61,388 nt of DNA, filler included, from 3 parts of 3 records of this genome joined end to end with filler, not necessarily neighbours in it, one strand, 5' to 3'. Shown: positions 1 to 10,376, numbered from the whole stretch's first letter. The notes: generated by a model not told the origin, from the letters alone. Numbers and translations are program-made.

Positions 1-239
<239 letters not shown>

Positions 240-282
240 TCATAGAATAATTACAACTTTTAATTTATATGTCTAGTAATGG

Positions 283-313
283 AAAAGGCGCTTACTATAT
301 CAGTAAACGCCTT
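283..313 (-). terminator. Probable intrinsic terminator after recA
   Basis: Minus strand AAGGCGTTTACT-GATAT-AGTAAGCGCCTT-TT: 12-bp stem with one G.U pair, 16 bp past the recA stop; the U tract is short. Confidence 0.65.
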
Positions 314-329
314 CGAGATGACAGATTGA

Positions 330-1460
330 TTAATCTTTTTTCTTATTTGAAGATTTTACATTCTCAACTACTTCGGTTGTATCTTCAATTTTTTCTTTTG
401 GTATTGGGTTGCCTTCAAGCTTCTCACTAATTAAGCCAGCATTAGCTCTAATTGCCATTTCTACTTCTGCAGCAATCTTGGGATTGTTTTTTAAATACTG
501 TTTGGCATTTTCTTTACCTTGGCCAATTTTTTCACCCTTATAAGCATACCATGCACCGCTCTTTTCAATGATGTTGGCTTTAGCTCCTAGATCAATTAAT
601 TCACCCATTTTGCTTATGCCTTCGCCATACATTATATCAAATTCAACAACCTTGAATGGTGGAGCAACTTTATTTTTAACAACTTTAACTCTTGTTTGAT
701 TGCCAATAATCTCTTCTTTTTCTTTAATGGCACCTATTCTTCTAATGTCTAATCTTACAGAAGAATAAAATTTAAGAGCATTTCCCCCCGCCGTTGTTTC
801 AGGACTTCCAAACATTACTCCAATTTTCATTCTGATCTGGTTTATAAATATAACCATTGTATTTGATTTAGAAATACTACCTGTTAGCTTTCTTAAAGCC
901 TGACTCATTAATCTCGCCTGTAGACCAACGTGCGTGTCGCCCATTTCACCTTCAAGCTCTGCTCTAGGTGTTAATGCTGCAACAGAGTCTACGACTAAAA
1001 CTGATACGGCACCTGATCTAACTAAAGTATCAGCTATTTCCAGTGCCTGTTCCCCTGTATCAGGTTGTGATATTAATAATTCAGCAGTATCTATACCTAG
1101 CTTTCTTGCATAACTAGGATCTAAAGCATGTTCGGCATCAATAAAGGCGCAAACACCACCAGTTTTCTGAGACTCTGCTATAGCTTGTAATGCTAATGTT
1201 GTTTTTCCCGAAGATTCAGGACCATATATCTCAACAATTCTACTTTTTGGCAATCCGCCAATACCTAAAGCTATATCTAAGCTTAAAGATCCTGTTGATA
1301 TTGCCTCAATATCTAAAGCTTGATCTTTTTGGCCAAGTTTCATTACAGAACCTTTTCCAAAGTTCTGATCAATTTGTCCGATAGCTGCTTCTAAAGCTTT
1401 TTGCTTATCCTTATCTAATTCATGCGGACTGTTTACCACTTTCAAATTACCTTTTGTCAT
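330..1460 (-). CDS. recA: Recombinase RecA
   Basis: GPESSGKTT Walker [29 protein letters not shown] motifs. Confidence 0.99.
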   Translation of the reverse strand: MTKGNLKVVNSPHELDKDKQKALEAAIGQIDQNFGKGSVMKLGQKDQALDIEAISTGSLSLDIALGIGGLPKSRIVEIYGPESSGKTTLALQAIAESQKTGGVCAFIDAEHALDPSYARKLGIDTAELLISQPDTGEQALEIADTLVRSGAVSVLVVDSVAALTPRAELEGEMGDTHVGLQARLMSQALRKLTGSISKSNTMVIFINQIRMKIGVMFGSPETTAGGNALKFYSSVRLDIRRIGAIKEKEEIIGNQTRVKVVKNKVAPPFKVVEFDIMYGEGISKMGELIDLGAKANIIEKSGAWYAYKGEKIGQGKENAKQYLKNNPKIAAEVEMAIRANAGLISEKLEGNPIPKEKIEDTTEVVENVKSSNKKKD

Positions 1461-1505
1461 TTTACATCCTTTTGTTTAATTTTTTTTAAACGACTCAATA
1501 TAAAA

Positions 1506-1533
1506 AATGTACATATTTTGTTCTCATTTACAA
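1506..1533 (-). promoter_or_regulatory. recA promoter overlapped by an alphaproteobacterial LexA (SOS) box
   Basis: Minus strand GAAC-N7-GTAC at 1523-1509, lying across TTGTAA (1533-1528)-N16-TACATT (1511-1506). Confidence 0.8.
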
Positions 1534-1568
1534 TAAATAAAATAAACTATTGAATATATTAAATAAAT

Positions 1569-2903
1569 TTAAAAAATATGCCTAATCCAATTAGTTTTTG
1601 GAGTAATTTGCTTTGTTTCTAGTTTTAAATGTAATGATGTTAAATTTCCAGTTACTTGAAGTAGTTTGAATCTTGAAACTATTTCATCTCTTTCAACATC
1701 AGCAAAATTTAATCTAGCTATTAATAATAAAGATCTTGAATTCAAAACATCTAAAGTATCTCTAGTACCGTTCTCATACTCTTGAATAATACCCTCGTAA
1801 GCAATCTCTGCAGCTTGTAACTGTGCTTTTGCCAAATCTAGTTCACTTTGTTTTAATTTATATTCAGACCAAACATTAGTTGCATTTTTTTTAGTTTCGT
1901 TTTGTTTATCCTGGAAATCTAGCTCAGAACTAACTAAAAGTGATTTTTTTTCTTTATAAAAAGAATAATTTTTCCCTCCAGAATATATAGGAATTTCTAC
2001 CTTTGCTTCAAATTGTGATTGATCTCTTTCATTGATGGTTGAGCTTACATCTTCATTTTCCGAAACTTCAAATGATAATGTTGCCTTGGGTGCAAATTTT
2101 TCAGCTGCACCTCTTAATGAATACTTAGCCCTTTCAAAATTTAATTTAGAAATTAAAAGTTCAGGGTTATTATTTGAAGATAGTTCTAAAGTTTCATCTA
2201 AACTTTTTGGAAGATTTAATTCAATATTATCAATAATTTTCAAATCTTTTGGAAGATATCCTATAATATTTTCAAAATCCTTTTCATTTACCGCTAAACT
2301 ATTTTCTGCTCTAATAAACTTTGCTTTAGCATCAGCCAAAGAAGACTCGGATTGAGCAAGATCTGATAGTTTTATAGTACCACGTTCATATCTACTTTTA
2401 TCTAATTCTACCTGACGATCTGCAAGGTTTAAGTTATCTTTGGTAATCTCAAGTCTTTTTTGTGAAGCTAAAACTGAAGTGTAAGCTGTAACAGCCTTTA
2501 ATAAAACATTTTGCTCTACTAACTTTAATTGATTTCTAGAAATTTTTACATCAGTTTTAGATTCTAAAATACTTGGTATGCCCTGCAAGACTCTTTGTTC
2601 TATTTTGATTGATTTTTTTTTTGTTTGTAAATTGCTATCCGCAATAGAATTACCGCTCTGATTTTTTTGACTTTCATTTAAAATGTCTGATTGTGTAACG
2701 GACCCTATTATTGATGGTTTTAAAATCGAATATGACTGAATTAAATTCTCATCTACCGCTTTTGTTTTTTCTCTTTGAGAGTTTAGTTCCTTATTATTAA
2801 TATAAGTCGATATTAAAGATTGAAAAAGATCTTCAGCTATAAGATGTTTAGAAAGTGAAAAAAAAAAAAAATTTAATAGCAATATTAGTTTAATAATTTT
2901 CAT
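1569..2903 (-). CDS. tolC: TolC-family outer membrane protein
   Basis: Signal peptide, two OEP repeats, IPIYSGG, EYENGTRDTLDVLN. Confidence 0.9.
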   Translation of the reverse strand: MKIIKLILLLNFFFFSLSKHLIAEDLFQSLISTYINNKELNSQREKTKAVDENLIQSYSILKPSIIGSVTQSDILNESQKNQSGNSIADSNLQTKKKSIKIEQRVLQGIPSILESKTDVKISRNQLKLVEQNVLLKAVTAYTSVLASQKRLEITKDNLNLADRQVELDKSRYERGTIKLSDLAQSESSLADAKAKFIRAENSLAVNEKDFENIIGYLPKDLKIIDNIELNLPKSLDETLELSSNNNPELLISKLNFERAKYSLRGAAEKFAPKATLSFEVSENEDVSSTINERDQSQFEAKVEIPIYSGGKNYSFYKEKKSLLVSSELDFQDKQNETKKNATNVWSEYKLKQSELDLAKAQLQAAEIAYEGIIQEYENGTRDTLDVLNSRSLLLIARLNFADVERDEIVSRFKLLQVTGNLTSLHLKLETKQITPKTNWIRHIF

Positions 2904-3490
2904 TTAATTATATCTTCTAAGTATTCTAACCTATCTTGACCCCAAAACATTTGATCCTTATAAATATATGTTGGTGCACCAAATACATCATCTTTGATAG
3001 CATCGTTGGAGTTTTTATTATAAATTGTTTTGATTTCATCACTATCAGCCATCTCTTTAACTTTTTTAAAATCAACATTTAAATTTTTGCAAATTTGCTC
3101 TATTACATTTATATCAGATATATCTTTTTCTTCAGACCATAAACATTTCAAGCATTCTCTACCAAAAGTTAGTTTATTACCAAGCTGTATTGCTGCAATT
3201 GTAAATTTGGCAGCCAAGTGAGGGTCTTTAGGCGGAAAATGTTTTGGTTGGGAGTTGATATCAATACCATATTTCAATCCAATTCGCTCAATTTCCGTAA
3301 TTCTATATTTTAATCTTGATGGATGTCTTTTTGGAACAGGAATACCGCCAGTATTTGGAAAAACTTGCCCAACTAAATCAAATGGTTTCTCATCAACTTC
3401 GATTTTTTTCTTATCTAGAAGATTTATAAACCTATCAATAGCCAAATAGGAAAAGGGTGATGCTACACTATAATAATATTTTATTTTCAT
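2900..3490 (-). CDS. 2-hydroxychromene-2-carboxylate isomerase / DsbA-family (kappa-class GST) protein
   Basis: YYYSVASPFSY and VFGAPTY...FWGQDRL motifs; ATG at 3490 preferred over the TTG at 3496. Confidence 0.85.
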   Translation of the reverse strand: MKIKYYYSVASPFSYLAIDRFINLLDKKKIEVDEKPFDLVGQVFPNTGGIPVPKRHPSRLKYRITEIERIGLKYGIDINSQPKHFPPKDPHLAAKFTIAAIQLGNKLTFGRECLKCLWSEEKDISDINVIEQICKNLNVDFKKVKEMADSDEIKTIYNKNSNDAIKDDVFGAPTYIYKDQMFWGQDRLEYLEDIIK

Positions 3491-3538
3491 GTTCAATTTT
3501 TGCTATATACACTTTTGATATAAATTGAATATAAAATT

Positions 3539-4165
3539 ATGTTTGAATTGCTAAGTGCAGATACACCTAACGGGAAAAAGATATCAATTATGCTAGAAGA
3601 GCTTAACCTTAAGTATAAGGTAACAAAAATTAATATTTTGAAAGGAGATCAGTTTACTCCTTCGTTTTCAAAAATTAGTCCATTTAATAAAATCCCAGTT
3701 CTAAAAGATTTAAAATCAAAAAAAACTATTTTTGAGTCAGGTGCTATTTTAATATACCTTGGTGAAAAATATAAAAAATTTTATGATAAAAAAGATCGCT
3801 TGAAAATTTTACAATGGTTAATGGCTCAGATGGCATATGTTGGTCCTATGTTTGGTCAGCACCATCAGTTTCATCATTATAATCATGGAAAAAGTAAATT
3901 TGGAGAAGAAAGATATTTTAGAATTTCGAGACAAATATATAAAGATTTAGATAGAAGACTATCAAAGTCAAAATATTTGGCATGCTCAAAATATTCTATT
4001 GCAGATATTGCAACTTTCCCTTGGGTTGCCCGTCATGAAATCCATGATATTGGATTAAAAAAATTTAAAAATCTAACAAGATGGTTTAGTCTTATATCAA
4101 AAAGAAAAGCGGTTATTAAAGGTTACGATTTTATGAATAGAGGAGAAATTATACCTAAGCCTTAA
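3539..4165 (+). CDS. Glutathione S-transferase, YfcG/YghU (Nu) type
   Basis: TPNGKK, KIPVL, FESGAIL, YSIADIA motifs. Confidence 0.9.
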   Translation: MFELLSADTPNGKKISIMLEELNLKYKVTKINILKGDQFTPSFSKISPFNKIPVLKDLKSKKTIFESGAILIYLGEKYKKFYDKKDRLKILQWLMAQMAYVGPMFGQHHQFHHYNHGKSKFGEERYFRISRQIYKDLDRRLSKSKYLACSKYSIADIATFPWVARHEIHDIGLKKFKNLTRWFSLISKRKAVIKGYDFMNRGEIIPKP

Positions 4166-4578
4166 TCGTCAGCAAATACTTTTTCTTCTTTTTCGTGTCT
4201 TTCCTGGGCTTCAACTGTCATAGTTGCAATAGGTCTAGCCATTAATCTTTTTAATCCAATTTCTTCTCCGGTCTCTTCACAATAACCATAAGTTCCATCT
4301 TCAATTTTTTGAAGAGCTGAATCTATTTTTTTCATTAATTTCTTATGTCGATTTAAAGTTCTCATTTCGACAGATTTATTTGCAAAAGAAGTAGCTTGAT
4401 CGACAACATCAGCAGATGCTGCATTGTCATCATCATTACCAAAAATAATTCTGTTATTCTGCTCAATCAATTCATTCTTCCATTCAGCTAGTGCTTTTCT
4501 AAAGTAAGCTTTATGTTTAGCGCACATATATTTCTCTTTTGACGAAGGTGTATATGTTTTGGATATTTTAGTTGGCAT
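4162..4578 (-). CDS. dksA: RNA polymerase-binding protein DksA
   Basis: DVVDQA coiled-coil tip; GTYGYCEETGEEIGLKRLMARP, the alphaproteobacterial single-Cys type. Confidence 0.95.
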   Translation of the reverse strand: MPTKISKTYTPSSKEKYMCAKHKAYFRKALAEWKNELIEQNNRIIFGNDDDNAASADVVDQATSFANKSVEMRTLNRHKKLMKKIDSALQKIEDGTYGYCEETGEEIGLKRLMARPIATMTVEAQERHEKEEKVFADD

Positions 4579-4653
4579 ATTTAACTTAAGAAAGTGAATA
4601 TATGTTTCAAAATTTTAGTGTCAATTAATATGAATAATTATAAAAACTAAATA

Positions 4654-5979
4654 ATGGCAATTAATAGACTATTTTACTGTTTTTTACTCACACATTTAGC
4701 AATATGGACGTTAATACCAAGTATCACAAATCATAATTTACCCCTGGATACTATTGAAGCGCTAGCTTGGGGTAGTAATTTAGATTGGGGTTTTAACAAA
4801 CATCCTCCTCTAAGCGCATTAGCTGTTGAGGTATTTTATAAAATTTTTGGTTCTCAAGATTGGGCTTACTATCTTTTAAGCCAGTTATTTGTAATCACTG
4901 CCTTCTATTATGTTTTCAAATTGTCAAAAGAAATATTAAATACTGAAAAGCATGCATTATTATCTGTTTTGTTATTAGAAGGAATTTTTTTTTATAATTT
5001 TACAACCCCTGAATTTAATGTGAATGTATGCACGTTACCTTTTTGGGCGATGACTGGTTACTATGCCTATAAATGCCTAAAAGATAATCTTACAAAAGAT
5101 TATATTATTCTTGGAATTATTGCTGCACTTGGGTTTTTATCAAAATATCTTTTTATCTATTTATTAATTGGAATAAAAATCTTTTACGTTTTTTATATAA
5201 AAAAAAATAATTTTAAAATTAATTATATCATTCCAGGAATTATATTTTTATTAATTCTAACTCCGCATTTAATTTGGCTAACTGAAAATAATTATATTAC
5301 AATTGCATATGGTTTAAAAAGAACTGGAGAAATTAAAACTTACTTGGATCATATTATTTTGCCATTAACTTTTTTGGGAAAACAAACCGGAATTTTAATC
5401 CCTTTTTTTATTTTATTATTTGTCCTGACCAAAAATTTAAAAACTAGTCTTTCTTTTAAAGACCAAAACCTTTTGTATTTATTATCCATTTCAATGATAC
5501 CGTTTATTTTCATGATGTTAACATCTACAATAATGGGAGCGAAAATCAGAACAATGTGGATGACACCATTTTACTTATATTTTGGAACTCTATTTATTTA
5601 TATTTTTCAAAACAATATAGATCTTACTAGAATTAAAAATTTTAATTATGTTTTTATTTTTCTATTTTTACTTTCCCCATTTTTATATGGATATATATCA
5701 GTTTCTAAAACTGACAAAAGAACAGATTACAATGGTAAAATGATAGCGCAAAAAATTCAAAATGAATGGAATAAAAAAAATAATACAACAATTAACTTTG
5801 TAACAGGCAATGAATGGATAGGTGGTAACTTGTCATATCATTTGAAATCTAGACCGACATGGACAAATAAAACATTATCTGATGATAAAATTTGTTTTAA
5901 TAAAGAATATAAAATCACCAGTTTTATTAGATCGCAATTTTGTATTGCAAATAATTATAAAGAATTATCTAAATATTAA
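4654..5979 (+). CDS. Polytopic GT-C (ArnT/PMT_2, RgtA/B/C-like) glycosyltransferase
   Basis: DTIEALAWG...LDWGFNKHPPL, EFNVN, GFLSKY, PHLIWL motifs; many transmembrane segments. Confidence 0.8.
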   Translation: MAINRLFYCFLLTHLAIWTLIPSITNHNLPLDTIEALAWGSNLDWGFNKHPPLSALAVEVFYKIFGSQDWAYYLLSQLFVITAFYYVFKLSKEILNTEKHALLSVLLLEGIFFYNFTTPEFNVNVCTLPFWAMTGYYAYKCLKDNLTKDYIILGIIAALGFLSKYLFIYLLIGIKIFYVFYIKKNNFKINYIIPGIIFLLILTPHLIWLTENNYITIAYGLKRTGEIKTYLDHIILPLTFLGKQTGILIPFFILLFVLTKNLKTSLSFKDQNLLYLLSISMIPFIFMMLTSTIMGAKIRTMWMTPFYLYFGTLFIYIFQNNIDLTRIKNFNYVFIFLFLLSPFLYGYISVSKTDKRTDYNGKMIAQKIQNEWNKKNNTTINFVTGNEWIGGNLSYHLKSRPTWTNKTLSDDKICFNKEYKITSFIRSQFCIANNYKELSKY

Positions 5980-6848
5980 TGAAAAAATATATTATTCTTA
6001 TACCTGTATATAATGATTGGAATTCTGTTTTCAAATTAATTGACAATATTGATCTACAAATAAATAATGAAAATATTGAGGTAATAATTGTAAATGATGC
6101 TTCAACTGAAAGTTTTGATAATAATCAAAAACAATTTTCAAAAATCAATTCCGTAAAAATTATTAACCTTATAAAAAATGGTGGTCACCGAAAAGCAATT
6201 GCAACTGGTCTCAAGTATTGCCAAGAAAATTTAGATTATGATTATATTATTCCAATGGATGGTGATGGAGAAGATAGGCCTGAGGAATTAATAGATTTCT
6301 TTAACCAAGTTCAAGAAACACAACCTGAAGTGATCACTGCCACTAGAGTAAAAAGAAGTGAAGGTTTTTTATTTAAATTTTTATACTCAATTCATAAAAT
6401 TTTTACCTACCTCATAACGGGTAAACTTATTGAATTTGGTAATTATACATGTTTATCAAAAAGTGCAGTTTCAAAACTTTTATCTGATGGATCTGTGTGG
6501 CTTAGCTACTCTGGTGCCGTTACCAAACATTTTTCTCAATTTTCTACCATTCAATCCATTAGAGGCGAGAGGTATTTTGGACCTTCTAAAATGAGTATTT
6601 TAGCACTTATTTTACATTCTTTTAGAATTTCAACAGTTTTTAGAGAAAATATATTTATTCGAGTAGTCGTTGTAATTCTTATTTTTGGACTACTTGCTTA
6701 TTACTCTTCTGCTTATTTTCTTATCCCCTCATTAACTGGTTGGATATTTTTGTTCTTTATTATTTGTTTAGCTTTAGATGATGATATTAAAAAATTAAAT
6801 AACTGCCTTAATAATATTAAAAGTCTATCTGATATTTATAGTCGGTAA
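5979..6848 (+). CDS. GT2 polyprenyl-phosphate glycosyltransferase (DPM1/ArnC/RgtE-like)
   Basis: IPVYND, VNDAS, MDGDGED motifs; two C-terminal TM helices; start overlaps the upstream stop (TAATG). Confidence 0.85.
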   Translation: MKKYIILIPVYNDWNSVFKLIDNIDLQINNENIEVIIVNDASTESFDNNQKQFSKINSVKIINLIKNGGHRKAIATGLKYCQENLDYDYIIPMDGDGEDRPEELIDFFNQVQETQPEVITATRVKRSEGFLFKFLYSIHKIFTYLITGKLIEFGNYTCLSKSAVSKLLSDGSVWLSYSGAVTKHFSQFSTIQSIRGERYFGPSKMSILALILHSFRISTVFRENIFIRVVVVILIFGLLAYYSSAYFLIPSLTGWIFLFFIICLALDDDIKKLNNCLNNIKSLSDIYSR

Positions 6849-8126
6849 AAAATCATAACTAGAAGTATCAATTTTTGAAGAATGGCCCCTTCTCATTCTC
6901 CAGTTATTACAAAATCCAGTATCTGCAACTGTAATCATATTTCTTCCAAATTTAAAATTTGTTTTATCAATTGCTTTCATTAAATTTTGGGACTTTTCTT
7001 TCTTTTCATATGAAAATAAACCTTCATCGTATTTTCCTTTTCTTGATAATCCTGAAAAAATTACACCAGCTTTTTGATAACGAGGACCTTTTAAAAATAT
7101 TTCTTTTAAAGACTGAATGCACACTTTCGTTAACAAAATACTATCATCGCTAGGTATTGGCAAATCTACTTTCTTAGATCTAGAAAAAAACTTTTCATTT
7201 TTATCAAAAGGACTATTTCTTATAAAAACAATTACTGATTTTACAACTTGCCTATCAACTCTAATTTTTTCAGCAGCATTTAAACAATGTGCAACGATAG
7301 ACTCTTTTAATGTATCATAATCTAATACTTTTTTACCAAATGATCTTGATACGCAACAATTTTTTCTTGGATTTGAATTAAATTCAAAATCTATACAATT
7401 TATTCCTCTTAACTCCATCACTGTTTTCAAACCAAGAACATTTGTATTTTTTTTTATCCATGCATTACTTGCATCTTTCAAATCATAAGCGCTTTTAATA
7501 TTATTACTTTTGTATAATTTGGATATTTTTCTACCTACTCCCCAAATATCTTCAATTGGAAAATTTTTTAACAAATCATCAATTTCTTTTTCGTTATTCA
7601 AAATAAAACTTTTAATTCCAATCTTTTCTTTTTTTGCAATATGATTTGCAACTTTTGATAATGTTTTTGTTTTTGCAACACCAATACTTGCGGGGATACC
7701 TGTCCATTTTAATATTACAGATCTTAATTCACTAATGAAATTTTCTAAATCTTTGTCTTTGATTAAACTTAAATCTAAAAAAGCTTCATCAATCGAATAT
7801 ATTTCAATTATTGGACAAAACTTTTTTAAAACATACATTACTCTTCTTGAGATATCTCCGTACAGCGCATAGTTAGAAGAAAATACCTGGACTTTATGAG
7901 ACTTAACTAAATGCTTAACTTTAAAATAAGGCTCCCCCATCTTTATTCCTATTTTTTTTGCTTCTACTGATCTTGATATAACGCAACCATCATTATTAGA
8001 TAAAACAACAACAGGACGTTTATTTATTTTTGGGTTAAAGAGTCTTTCACAAGAGACATAAAATGAATTGCAATCAACTAATGCTATTTTTTTAAAATTT
8101 TTATTTTTTAACCTTATGTATGACAT
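6825..8126 (-). CDS. umuC: Y-family DNA polymerase V catalytic subunit
   Basis: DCNSFYVSCE, VVVLSNNDGCVI, YSIDEAFLD, SRSFG, C-terminal WRMRR tail; directly downstream of umuD. Confidence 0.95.
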   Translation of the reverse strand: MSYIRLKNKNFKKIALVDCNSFYVSCERLFNPKINKRPVVVLSNNDGCVISRSVEAKKIGIKMGEPYFKVKHLVKSHKVQVFSSNYALYGDISRRVMYVLKKFCPIIEIYSIDEAFLDLSLIKDKDLENFISELRSVILKWTGIPASIGVAKTKTLSKVANHIAKKEKIGIKSFILNNEKEIDDLLKNFPIEDIWGVGRKISKLYKSNNIKSAYDLKDASNAWIKKNTNVLGLKTVMELRGINCIDFEFNSNPRKNCCVSRSFGKKVLDYDTLKESIVAHCLNAAEKIRVDRQVVKSVIVFIRNSPFDKNEKFFSRSKKVDLPIPSDDSILLTKVCIQSLKEIFLKGPRYQKAGVIFSGLSRKGKYDEGLFSYEKKEKSQNLMKAIDKTNFKFGRNMITVADTGFCNNWRMRRGHSSKIDTSSYDFLPTINIR

Positions 8127-8505
8127 AAGTTACTACTCCCCAAACTTGAGTTTCATTATCTTCAGTGATTTCAATGAAATGGTTATGATTACCTAATTTA
8201 GAAATTAGAAAAAATTTATTATTTTTTTTAATAATTTTTTTAACTACAAGTTGCCCTTCATAATTAAGGACGGCAATTGAGTTGTGTTGTATATTAAGAC
8301 TTTTATCAACAATAAGAACATCGCCATCATGAATATTATCTTCAACCATTGATGATCCTGTAACTCTTATTAAAAAAGTAGATGCTTTATTAGTGATAAG
8401 TTCTTCGTTTAAATTAATTTCATCTTCTAGATAATCAGTTGCTGGCGAAGGAAAACCTGCGCAGACTTTTTGCAATATAATTGGTAGTTTTTCATTAATT
8501 TTCAT
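8101..8505 (-). CDS. umuD: UmuD, S24 self-cleaving accessory subunit
   Basis: AGFPSPATDY cleavage region, GSSM catalytic Ser, VVKK Lys; no HTH domain. Confidence 0.92.
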   Translation of the reverse strand: MKINEKLPIILQKVCAGFPSPATDYLEDEINLNEELITNKASTFLIRVTGSSMVEDNIHDGDVLIVDKSLNIQHNSIAVLNYEGQLVVKKIIKKNNKFFLISKLGNHNHFIEITEDNETQVWGVVTYVIHKVKK

Positions 8506-8520
8506 GTTCTTATTTTGTTC
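8506..8520 (-). promoter_or_regulatory. Consensus alphaproteobacterial LexA box abutting the umuD start codon
   Basis: + strand GTTC-TTATTTT-GTTC (GTTC-N7-GTTC) directly next to the ATG at 8505. Confidence 0.88.
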
Positions 8521-8634
8521 TTTTTTATCTATATTTCAACTAAATTATAGGTTGTATTTAGAGTCCATAGTTGAATCCAAAGGGAATCAAAAAGCGAACA
8601 TCAGATTAAAATCAAAAAATAATGTGGATAAAAA

Positions 8635-9003
8635 TTAAGATGATTTTCTTTTGAAATAATTGCCAAGAATGGTTGCGCCTGGCTCAATACTTATAGAGTT
8701 GTAAGATATCTTTCCATGAACTTTGGCCGAGGGTCCAATGGCAACTCGATTAGCAATAATATCGCCTTTAACCTCTCCAAGCACAAAAACCCAATCGGAG
8801 TTAATATTTCCTGCAACTAAGGAGTTTGATCCAATTTTTAAAAATTTACAAGTAAGGTTTCCATTGACGGTACCATTGAAGAATAAATTACCATCATATT
8901 CAACATCAGAATTGCAATTAAAAATATTAGCTTTGCTTGAAAAAATTTCATTCACTTCTTTAGTATCTTTTGAGTAGAATAAAGATCTAAAAAAATTTAA
9001 CAT
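8635..9003 (-). CDS. Bactofilin (polymer-forming cytoskeletal protein)
   Basis: Beta-helix repeats GxVxGxI; AKVHGKISYNSISIEPGATILG. Confidence 0.88.
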   Translation of the reverse strand: MLNFFRSLFYSKDTKEVNEIFSSKANIFNCNSDVEYDGNLFFNGTVNGNLTCKFLKIGSNSLVAGNINSDWVFVLGEVKGDIIANRVAIGPSAKVHGKISYNSISIEPGATILGNYFKRKSS

Positions 9004-10019
9004 TATTTAACTCCTAATCTTTTTTGTATATCGCTTGATGAGGTTGTAAATCTAAATACATACTTTTCATCCGGTTTTGCTCTTTTGAAACATTCTTGAG
9101 CACACAATGCCCCTTCATGAAAACCACTCAAAATCAATTTTAACTTTCCAGGATAATTACAAATATCACCAATTGCAAAAATTCCTTTTTCATTTGTTTC
9201 AAAGTTTTTAGTATTGACCTTTAATGATTTTGCCTCAAGATCAAGTCCCCAGTTAGCAATGGGTCCAAGCTCCATTTTTAAACCAAAAAAAGCTAGTACA
9301 CTATCTACAACTAATTCTTTTATTTCACCATTATCATGTTTGATTAAAACTTTTTCAATACTTTGGTCCCCCAAAAAGTCAGTGGGTTGATAGCAAGTTA
9401 ATATTTCAACTTTACCATCTTTTTTTAAATTCATTGCAAGATCAACAGTATGTTGCGCTGCTCTAAAATCATCTCTTCGATGTACTAAAATAATTTTTTT
9501 TGCTATTTTTGAAAGTTCAACTGTCCAATCTAAAGCTGAGTCTCCTCCACCGAAAATACATATAGTTTGGTTTTTAAATTTATTTTTATCTTTTACTGCA
9601 TAGTGAAGATTAGTTTCTTCAAATTTATCAATATTTTTTATTGGTGGTTTTCTTGGTTCAAAAGAACCAACACCAGCTGCAATAATGACATTTGGAGTTT
9701 CAAACTGTTGCTGATCATTAGTTGTCACAATCCAATTATCATTTTTCTTTTCTAATTTTTCAACTCTTTGGTTCAAATGAAATGTTGTTTTGAAGGGTTC
9801 AATTTGTTTTAATAAATTTTTTGTTAAACTTTCTCCAGTACACAAGGGTAATGCAGGTATATCGTAAATGGGTTTATCTGGATAAAGCTCAATACATTGA
9901 CCACCTACTTTATCTAGATTATCAATAACATGAGCACTTAAACCTAATATGCCCAACTCGAATACAGCAAAAAGTCCCACGGGACCTGCTCCAACAATAA
10001 CTGCATCTGTCTTTATCAT
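9003..10019 (-). CDS. Ferredoxin--NADP reductase (TrxR-like, no CxxC)
   Basis: GAGPVG, GGQCIELYPDKPIYD, GGGDSALDW, YPGKLKLILSGFHE. Confidence 0.9.
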   Translation of the reverse strand: MIKTDAVIVGAGPVGLFAVFELGILGLSAHVIDNLDKVGGQCIELYPDKPIYDIPALPLCTGESLTKNLLKQIEPFKTTFHLNQRVEKLEKKNDNWIVTTNDQQQFETPNVIIAAGVGSFEPRKPPIKNIDKFEETNLHYAVKDKNKFKNQTICIFGGGDSALDWTVELSKIAKKIILVHRRDDFRAAQHTVDLAMNLKKDGKVEILTCYQPTDFLGDQSIEKVLIKHDNGEIKELVVDSVLAFFGLKMELGPIANWGLDLEAKSLKVNTKNFETNEKGIFAIGDICNYPGKLKLILSGFHEGALCAQECFKRAKPDEKYVFRFTTSSSDIQKRLGVK

Positions 10020-10340
10020 TTATCCCTGTTTTTCAGGAAGGTTAACAATTATTCCATCATGTTTATCTTCTAACATCAATTGACAACTTAACCTGCTATT
10101 TTTTTTTGTTTCAAAAGCAAAATCCAACATATCCTTTTCACTATCACTCTGTTCTTGTAATTTTTCTAACCATTCTTCATCTACATAAACATGACAAGTC
10201 GCGCATGCACATGCTCCTCCACAATCTGCGTCAATACCAGGAACACCATTTTGAACAGCGCCCTCCATAATTGATAGGCCAGTTTCAACCTCTATTTCAT
10301 GTTTTTTTCCGTTGTGCTCAATATATGTAACTTTTGGCAT
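10020..10340 (-). CDS. Adrenodoxin-type 2Fe-2S ferredoxin
   Basis: [13 protein letters not shown] and SRLSCQ; ATG at 10340 preferred. Confidence 0.95.
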   Translation of the reverse strand: MPKVTYIEHNGKKHEIEVETGLSIMEGAVQNGVPGIDADCGGACACATCHVYVDEEWLEKLQEQSDSEKDMLDFAFETKKNSRLSCQLMLEDKHDGIIVNLPEKQG

Positions 10341-10376
10341 AGGCACTTTATATTCATGGAGATATATAAAACAAGA

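Noticed and set aside
4162-4578. DksA lacking the four-Cys zinc finger
   Set aside because: Normal for alphaproteobacterial DksA.
10299-10376. N-terminal extension of the epimerase ORF overlapping ferredoxin
   Set aside because: Non-homologous extension; downstream ATGs at 10356 and 10377 fit better.
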